The translations under genes were made by a program, and so were the position numbers. A stretch of 64,000 nucleotides of DNA from a virus, in IMG/VR virus record IMGVR_UViG_3300027896_000017, positions 32,001-96,000 of that record. One strand, given 5' to 3'. Below, piece after piece: positions 58,680-64,000 of this stretch. Below the pieces are notes generated by a model. The model was not told the DNA's origin and did no database searches. It was given only the letters and a program-made list of their open reading frames with translations. The first letter of the stretch is position 1; each line of letters starts with the position of its first letter.

Positions 58680-60773
58680 TTAAATAGAAGCACTTAAAGA
58701 GCGAGGAGGTTTAACTTCAGGTAAACGATTTACTATTCCAGGATCAGAATTTGCCCCTGCTGCTGATGGCGGATCATCTGCCGTACTAGCACCCTGTGTA
58801 TAAGTAGGTATTTGACCAGTAGCAATATTTTGAGGCGTAAGAGTTGGGGCAATGTCCGCTTCGATTAGATTCATTTCTTTTAAGTTGCGATAGACTTCTT
58901 CATAAAGACTGGGGGTGGAATTTTTCATAGCCAACATTCGTATTTTAAATTCTTCAGGATCAACTTTAGCCAATCTTGAAAATCTTTGGGTAAGTAATAA
59001 AATAAGATTAGGTACGGATATAGTTTGAGGGTCATGGCCTTTATTGACAGCCATATTCCCAACTTCCTGTTGAACCCCAGTAGCGTTTTGTTCAGAATTG
59101 ATTTGTCTATCCTGATCGCGCTTAATTTGAGCCTCATTCTGGCTCACCTCAAGCCTTCTGGCCTGTTCTACCTGAGCATCTGCCCCATATAAGGCCTGAA
59201 TTATTGTAGCGGCTCCTTGGGCTTCTGCCGACCCTTCAGCCTCTTTTATTTTAAGTTCTATTCTCTTGTCCAAATCATCTTCAATGCTTTTAAATTCCTT
59301 CTCTGGGTCAAGACCCAATTCCTTTTGAACCGTAGTTTTAGAAACTAAACTATCAGAATTAAGTTGTTCTGAAGCCTGTATCATAATTTTCTTTTTTTCC
59401 AAATCATCAGCCATCTTAAAATCAGACATTCTAAGAGATATTTTTGGTATATCCATAAATTTGGCTATATTTTTAACAACAAATTCAAGCAATAAATGCA
59501 TATCATTTCTATGATTAAGAAAAGAGTTTTCCACCACCCTTAAAGACACATTACTTCCAGACCAGGATGCTCCACCACGTATGATTTCAGGTATCACGCC
59601 CATTCCTGTAATAATTGTGTTCTCAGTATCTCTGATTTCAGGAGAAATCATAAGAAGTCTGGCGTCACCACTGAAGTTCTGCATCCCAAGCGGTATAGGA
59701 ACAATAGATATATAGTTTGGATCTGAGCGCCAACGCCTGATTTCTTGTTCAACTTTAGCGCGCCAATCACTTAAACTAATAGTAGCATGAGGGCTAACGT
59801 CGCCAACAGGCTGAGGAAATAAAATTCTTAAAGGAACGATATGATCAAAAGCGATCATTTCATTACCCTTTTTTAATACTTTTGTATGAAAAATATCTTT
59901 TAAAACAGCCATCACAGATGGGATGCCCCAGCCTCGTTCTGCAGGAACAATATATTGAGGACCTGAGCGTTTTAAATGAAAAACGTTATCAGCCATTAAT
60001 TTTAATTGTTTACGTTTTTCAACAGCACTAATAATTTCAAGTCTTGTGCTATTAATAATATCCATATCACCGCGACGTATAGCAAATTGCAAATCTGGCG
60101 GTATTGTATAATAATAAAAATGATCTCCAGTAATAGAGTTATATTTAATATCAAGATAAAGCAAATCCCAATGCACCAAGCCTAATTTACTTATTTCTTT
60201 TGTATTAACATCACGGGCTTCCATTTCACCAACATAACCGCATTTTTTATCAGGGCATTTAGCTTTAAATTTAAAGTTTTCAAATTTTACTTGAAGCCCA
60301 TCAGTAGTATATTGTTTTTTACAAAGCGGACATTTTAACATTCTTTTAAACGGATAATTAATAGATATTAAAGAATTGCCATAAGCGTGATAATCCATGC
60401 CGCACTGTTTCAATGATTTTAAAATATTCATTGAATTTTCAAGAATATTTTTCCATTTTTCTACTGTTTTATCGTCCTTTATTTTAGTCTCGCCCTCATC
60501 GTCGCCATAAATAAGAGAAGTAATGGGATATTCGGACATTTTGGTAATACACTGAGAAAGCAGTCCATCGCTTACTACATATGCTGCGATAAATTTTAAT
60601 ATACCTTTAATAGTGCGAGGGATAAACGTACTGGTCATATCAAGAAAAGGCGAATCATAACGTATAGATCCTCTTGAAAAAGAAACCTGAACGTTATTAC
60701 CGGCCCCGCCAATTCCTTGACCACTCTCAGGTGAGGTTATTGAGGTTCCACCAATATCATCAAATTGTCCCAT
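58680..60773 (-). CDS. putative portal protein with Zn-ribbon insertion
   Basis: Portal-like pattern (..CI.K.SEYPIT...DY..YGN...VFHLK...WGIP...I.G.G.); CPLC...CPDKKC insertion; length about 700 aa. Confidence 0.6.
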   Translation of the reverse strand: MGQFDDIGGTSITSPESGQGIGGAGNNVQVSFSRGSIRYDSPFLDMTSTFIPRTIKGILKFIAAYVVSDGLLSQCITKMSEYPITSLIYGDDEGETKIKDDKTVEKWKNILENSMNILKSLKQCGMDYHAYGNSLISINYPFKRMLKCPLCKKQYTTDGLQVKFENFKFKAKCPDKKCGYVGEMEARDVNTKEISKLGLVHWDLLYLDIKYNSITGDHFYYYTIPPDLQFAIRRGDMDIINSTRLEIISAVEKRKQLKLMADNVFHLKRSGPQYIVPAERGWGIPSVMAVLKDIFHTKVLKKGNEMIAFDHIVPLRILFPQPVGDVSPHATISLSDWRAKVEQEIRRWRSDPNYISIVPIPLGMQNFSGDARLLMISPEIRDTENTIITGMGVIPEIIRGGASWSGSNVSLRVVENSFLNHRNDMHLLLEFVVKNIAKFMDIPKISLRMSDFKMADDLEKKKIMIQASEQLNSDSLVSKTTVQKELGLDPEKEFKSIEDDLDKRIELKIKEAEGSAEAQGAATIIQALYGADAQVEQARRLEVSQNEAQIKRDQDRQINSEQNATGVQQEVGNMAVNKGHDPQTISVPNLILLLTQRFSRLAKVDPEEFKIRMLAMKNSTPSLYEEVYRNLKEMNLIEADIAPTLTPQNIATGQIPTYTQGASTADDPPSAAGANSDPGIVNRLPEVKPPRSLSASI

Positions 60774-60784
60774 GATTACTCCTT

Positions 60785-61531
60785 TTAGGATCCATATGCA
60801 GCCGCAGATGCTTCTGCACTTAATAGCCGCCTTGCCTGAACATCAATAATATTATCTTCGATATTAATATTTTCACCTTTGACCAATTGGCTGAATCGCT
60901 CTAAAATTTTTGGCCATTGATCCTTCATATCTTGTGATACTGTTGCGCCTATTCTATCTTTAATCATATCCATAAGCGAAGGCGGGGGAGTGTAAATACC
61001 ATCATCGTTTAATAAAACACAAATATACCTAATAATATCTCCACCAAATTTTCCTTCTCTATCAGGTCTGATATAATTCATCATTTTAACTGCATTAATA
61101 GCCATTCCTGGAGATGGTTTTTTTAAACATTCAAAATCAGCCATTGCTCCAGAAAATGCTAAAGCCAACTGGTTAAATTCATACCAATCAAAAAATGCTC
61201 TATCACTATTGCATAAATGACGTATTGCAAAAACCTTTTCTCTATTTAACCCTTCTAACACAACAGCATAATGTATCCATAATACATGTTCAATAGTTTC
61301 AGTTTCCCATTCCCACCAATTCGGACTTAAATTTTTATTTAAAAAATCATAAATAAACTCAACAGAACTTTTTTCATTATTAAAAACAGTATTGAAATTA
61401 ACTATTCTTTCGTTCGGTTTTGCAGTAGAATTTTTAATTCTATCATTAATTTCATTTTTTATTTTTTCAACCTCATCTTTATTGCCCGATATTTCAGCAT
61501 CATAAAGAGCGGTTGATAATTTTGTGGCCAT
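60785..61531 (-). CDS. hypothetical protein (head-assembly region)
   Basis: 248-aa ORF directly upstream of the portal-like gene. Confidence 0.7.
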   Translation of the reverse strand: MATKLSTALYDAEISGNKDEVEKIKNEINDRIKNSTAKPNERIVNFNTVFNNEKSSVEFIYDFLNKNLSPNWWEWETETIEHVLWIHYAVVLEGLNREKVFAIRHLCNSDRAFFDWYEFNQLALAFSGAMADFECLKKPSPGMAINAVKMMNYIRPDREGKFGGDIIRYICVLLNDDGIYTPPPSLMDMIKDRIGATVSQDMKDQWPKILERFSQLVKGENINIEDNIIDVQARRLLSAEASAAAYGS

Positions 61532-61533
61532 AG

Positions 61534-62202
61534 TTATCTCTCAAGAACTTTAAGAAATACTTCTTTTTCTATAGAACTCATTCCTTTAACTACCCCTGCC
61601 GGATCGTTGATAAATTCTTTTTTAGTTTTAACATCAAGATATTCGCCCACTTTTTTAAACTCACCGGATAAATCGGAGGCTATTTTTTTTAAATCATTTT
61701 CAGTATAATCACCGATAATTTTATCAGAATCAAAATTAGAATGATTAAGACTGCCAAAAACAGTCATAATAGGATCTAATATCGATTTATCCCATTGATA
61801 TTCTAAACCGGCCAGTTTATCAAACTCAAAAATTGAATCTACTGTGGTGTAGGCGCTTTGATTAGATGCTGCTGTTTTTATTTTATCTATCAATTCGTTC
61901 GTATTAACATTTTTATCATTAATTTTAATATCCTTATTAACACAGGCGTGTTTGCGCATATCCATATTTTTTTCAAAATCAGGAGATACGGATGAGCGAT
62001 TCAGCATTGGTCTGGAATAATTTTTAATCCAGTCATAATCCAGATTAATTCGCAAATCACTTGCGCGTTTTTCAATAGCGGTGGCAAATGCGGATCGTTC
62101 TCTTGGATGAAATCTGGGAAGATAACGATCAAGATAGGCTGCTGTTTTTACGAGTTGATCTTTTGTTTCAATTGGATATTTCCCTTTAAGAGCATAATTC
62201 AT
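61534..62202 (-). CDS. hypothetical protein
   Basis: AAGGAG RBS before ATG 62202. Confidence 0.7.
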   Translation of the reverse strand: MNYALKGKYPIETKDQLVKTAAYLDRYLPRFHPRERSAFATAIEKRASDLRINLDYDWIKNYSRPMLNRSSVSPDFEKNMDMRKHACVNKDIKINDKNVNTNELIDKIKTAASNQSAYTTVDSIFEFDKLAGLEYQWDKSILDPIMTVFGSLNHSNFDSDKIIGDYTENDLKKIASDLSGEFKKVGEYLDVKTKKEFINDPAGVVKGMSSIEKEVFLKVLER

Positions 62203-62224
62203 ATACGTTCTCCTTTTATTTAAT

Positions 62225-63118
62225 TTATGTTGACCAGCCAATACATATTCCACCACTAAACGAAAGTTTTTTCGCTAATCCAGTAGTATCCGCGATGCCT
62301 GATACGCCAACATTTTCAGCCGCACTAAATCCTGAACCAGAAACAGTCCCAGTGCATGTTAAACTCCCGCCTATAGCGGCATTTAATTGAACAATAAGAG
62401 TTTTAATTGTTGCTATGGCTGTTCGAGCGTCTAATGTTGATAAAAATGTTCCAACATCAGCCGTTAAACTATCTTTTACTACAATATTTTCAAAAACAGA
62501 ATCTAAACCAGTAGCAATTCCTCGAACGGAAGTTGATTCTACACTTGTAACGGATCCGGAACTTGTTATTACTTTTCCTAAATAAACACAATCGTCAGGA
62601 TCTGGTTCTGGTAATGCATCGGTTGGCGATCGTATAATTATACTATCAACTACTTCATTAACTTGATTCCCTTTAGAAGCAGCCAAATCATCATATACTA
62701 TATTCTCTGGAGTTCCATTAGAAACAAAACCAGTTTTCTTTCCTTCAGGATATATATCCCCATCTAAAGTATCAAGAATATGTTTTAAATAAATGTAAGT
62801 GGTGGTGTTTCCAGGGACGGTAACTTTTAATTCTGACTCAACAACAATAATGTCCCCATTTGGTGTTACCGCCAACCCCGAACCAACATTAATATATAAA
62901 CCTGAAGCGGGTTTAGTTAAAATTAATCCATTAACAACTCTTCCAAAACCAATAGCATCACCCACTATCCCTTTGTTCGTGCGACGTATATTAGCCATCA
63001 TGGCCGATTGAACAGACCATGGAGTAATTCCTTTAACATTACCTTCGGTGCCGTAATCTGTACCAAAGATTTCATTTAATCGTTGCTTTAAACCATTTTT
63101 AATATTGACTCGTCTCAT
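62225..63118 (-). CDS. putative virion structural protein
   Basis: GLYINVGSGLAVTPNG.II beta-rich motif common in phage structural proteins; beta-helix-like C-terminus. Confidence 0.55.
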   Translation of the reverse strand: MRRVNIKNGLKQRLNEIFGTDYGTEGNVKGITPWSVQSAMMANIRRTNKGIVGDAIGFGRVVNGLILTKPASGLYINVGSGLAVTPNGDIIVVESELKVTVPGNTTTYIYLKHILDTLDGDIYPEGKKTGFVSNGTPENIVYDDLAASKGNQVNEVVDSIIIRSPTDALPEPDPDDCVYLGKVITSSGSVTSVESTSVRGIATGLDSVFENIVVKDSLTADVGTFLSTLDARTAIATIKTLIVQLNAAIGGSLTCTGTVSGSGFSAAENVGVSGIADTTGLAKKLSFSGGICIGWST

Positions 63119-63119
63119 T

Positions 63120-63551
63120 TTATTTTCCTTTGCTTAATTCATCAATATCGATCTGAGGCAGAGTTTTGGATGTAGATCCTGCCATATCGATTTTTGCTTG
63201 TGAATTATTATTATTATTAAGAGAATCTTGCCCAGCAAGCACAGGCTCAGGCAATTGATAAGCCAAACACCATTCATCTATATTTTCTTTAGGAAGTTGT
63301 TCGGCTATTAGTTCTGATAACGTATTTACGGAACCTATAAATTGATTTAACTTTGACCTGGATTCATTGATAAATTTCTGAGCCTTTTTCATTTCTTCAC
63401 TTAGACCTGAAGCCATAGAATCATATGATTCAAGTTTTTCAAAAAGTTTTATAGAAGATTCCGGTCTTAATTCTTTTTTGCCCATTAAATAAGCTACAGC
63501 AACAAGACTTCTTTGAGTAGGATTTAATACTACAAGCTGTTCACGAGTCAT
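63120..63551 (-). CDS. hypothetical coiled-coil protein
   Basis: GGAGGG RBS; 143 aa. Confidence 0.7.
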   Translation of the reverse strand: MTREQLVVLNPTQRSLVAVAYLMGKKELRPESSIKLFEKLESYDSMASGLSEEMKKAQKFINESRSKLNQFIGSVNTLSELIAEQLPKENIDEWCLAYQLPEPVLAGQDSLNNNNNSQAKIDMAGSTSKTLPQIDIDELSKGK

Positions 63552-63586
63552 AAATCACCCTCCTGTTAATTGTTAGTGGCCACCCA

Positions 63587-63994
63587 TTAACTAACCGTAT
63601 TACTATAATTATACAATTCAGTTGCATTGTTTTGGACTGAAATATTTTCAAATACGGAAAAGCGCTGATTAACATCCTCATTAATATCCATTATATTAGA
63701 AAACATTCCATCATAAGCATATATTCTAAAAATTTTAGGAGTAGGACTGGATCCTATATTTCCAGAAATAAATCTTGAACTTCTCCATTTTTCCAGACCC
63801 ATAGATTTATTTGCTGTTCCTTCAGATATATTATTTATAATGCCATACCATTCAATATATTCGCTATCATTTTGTATAATTAATTTAAGAATATCTCCTA
63901 TTGAAGCGTGGTTTGATAATTCTACAATATATCCTGGAGACAGTTCTGAAATAGTTATATTATTGCTATCAGTTATAGTGATAATTATAGACAT
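63587..63994 (-). CDS. hypothetical protein
   Basis: 135-aa ORF at the window edge. Confidence 0.55.
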   Translation of the reverse strand: MSIIITITDSNNITISELSPGYIVELSNHASIGDILKLIIQNDSEYIEWYGIINNISEGTANKSMGLEKWRSSRFISGNIGSSPTPKIFRIYAYDGMFSNIMDINEDVNQRFSVFENISVQNNATELYNYSNTVS

Positions 63995-64000
63995 ATCTAT

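Overview
AT-rich segment of a large contractile-tailed (myovirus/jumbo-type) bacteriophage. Minus strand 1-24.7 kb is a virion module: tail sheath, putative tail completion protein, a multi-domain glycosyltransferase, two (S-G-X)n repeat fibre proteins, two DUF2341/LamG proteins and baseplate genes. A plus-strand islet at 24.9-26.4 kb holds a conserved hypothetical gene followed by a free-standing copy of the 23S rRNA L1 stalk and a circularly permuted tRNA-like (YrlA/Y RNA-like) RNA. At 27.3-35.3 kb (-) is a single-chain beta-beta' RNA polymerase with an atypical LAGLIDADG intein directly after the DFDGD motif. The plus strand at 35.5-58.5 kb carries replication/recombination genes (primase-MCM-like helicase fusion, RDF-like protein, SWIB, DnaQ + PD-(D/E)XK nuclease, SNF2 helicase, VRR-NUC) and a complete E2-E2-JAB-E1-tandem Ubl operon. 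Minus strand 58.7-64 kb holds a portal-like gene and hypothetical genes. Top finding: four orphan retron-type msr-msd ncRNAs at 43.67-45.80 kb. Each has terminal inverted repeats, a G.G apposition at the branch position, an Ec86-like G-(U/C)UU-C stem-loop and long msd-like hairpins, and no reverse transcriptase lies in the window. All family assignments and base pairings were made by eye or from memory; no database search or folding program was run.
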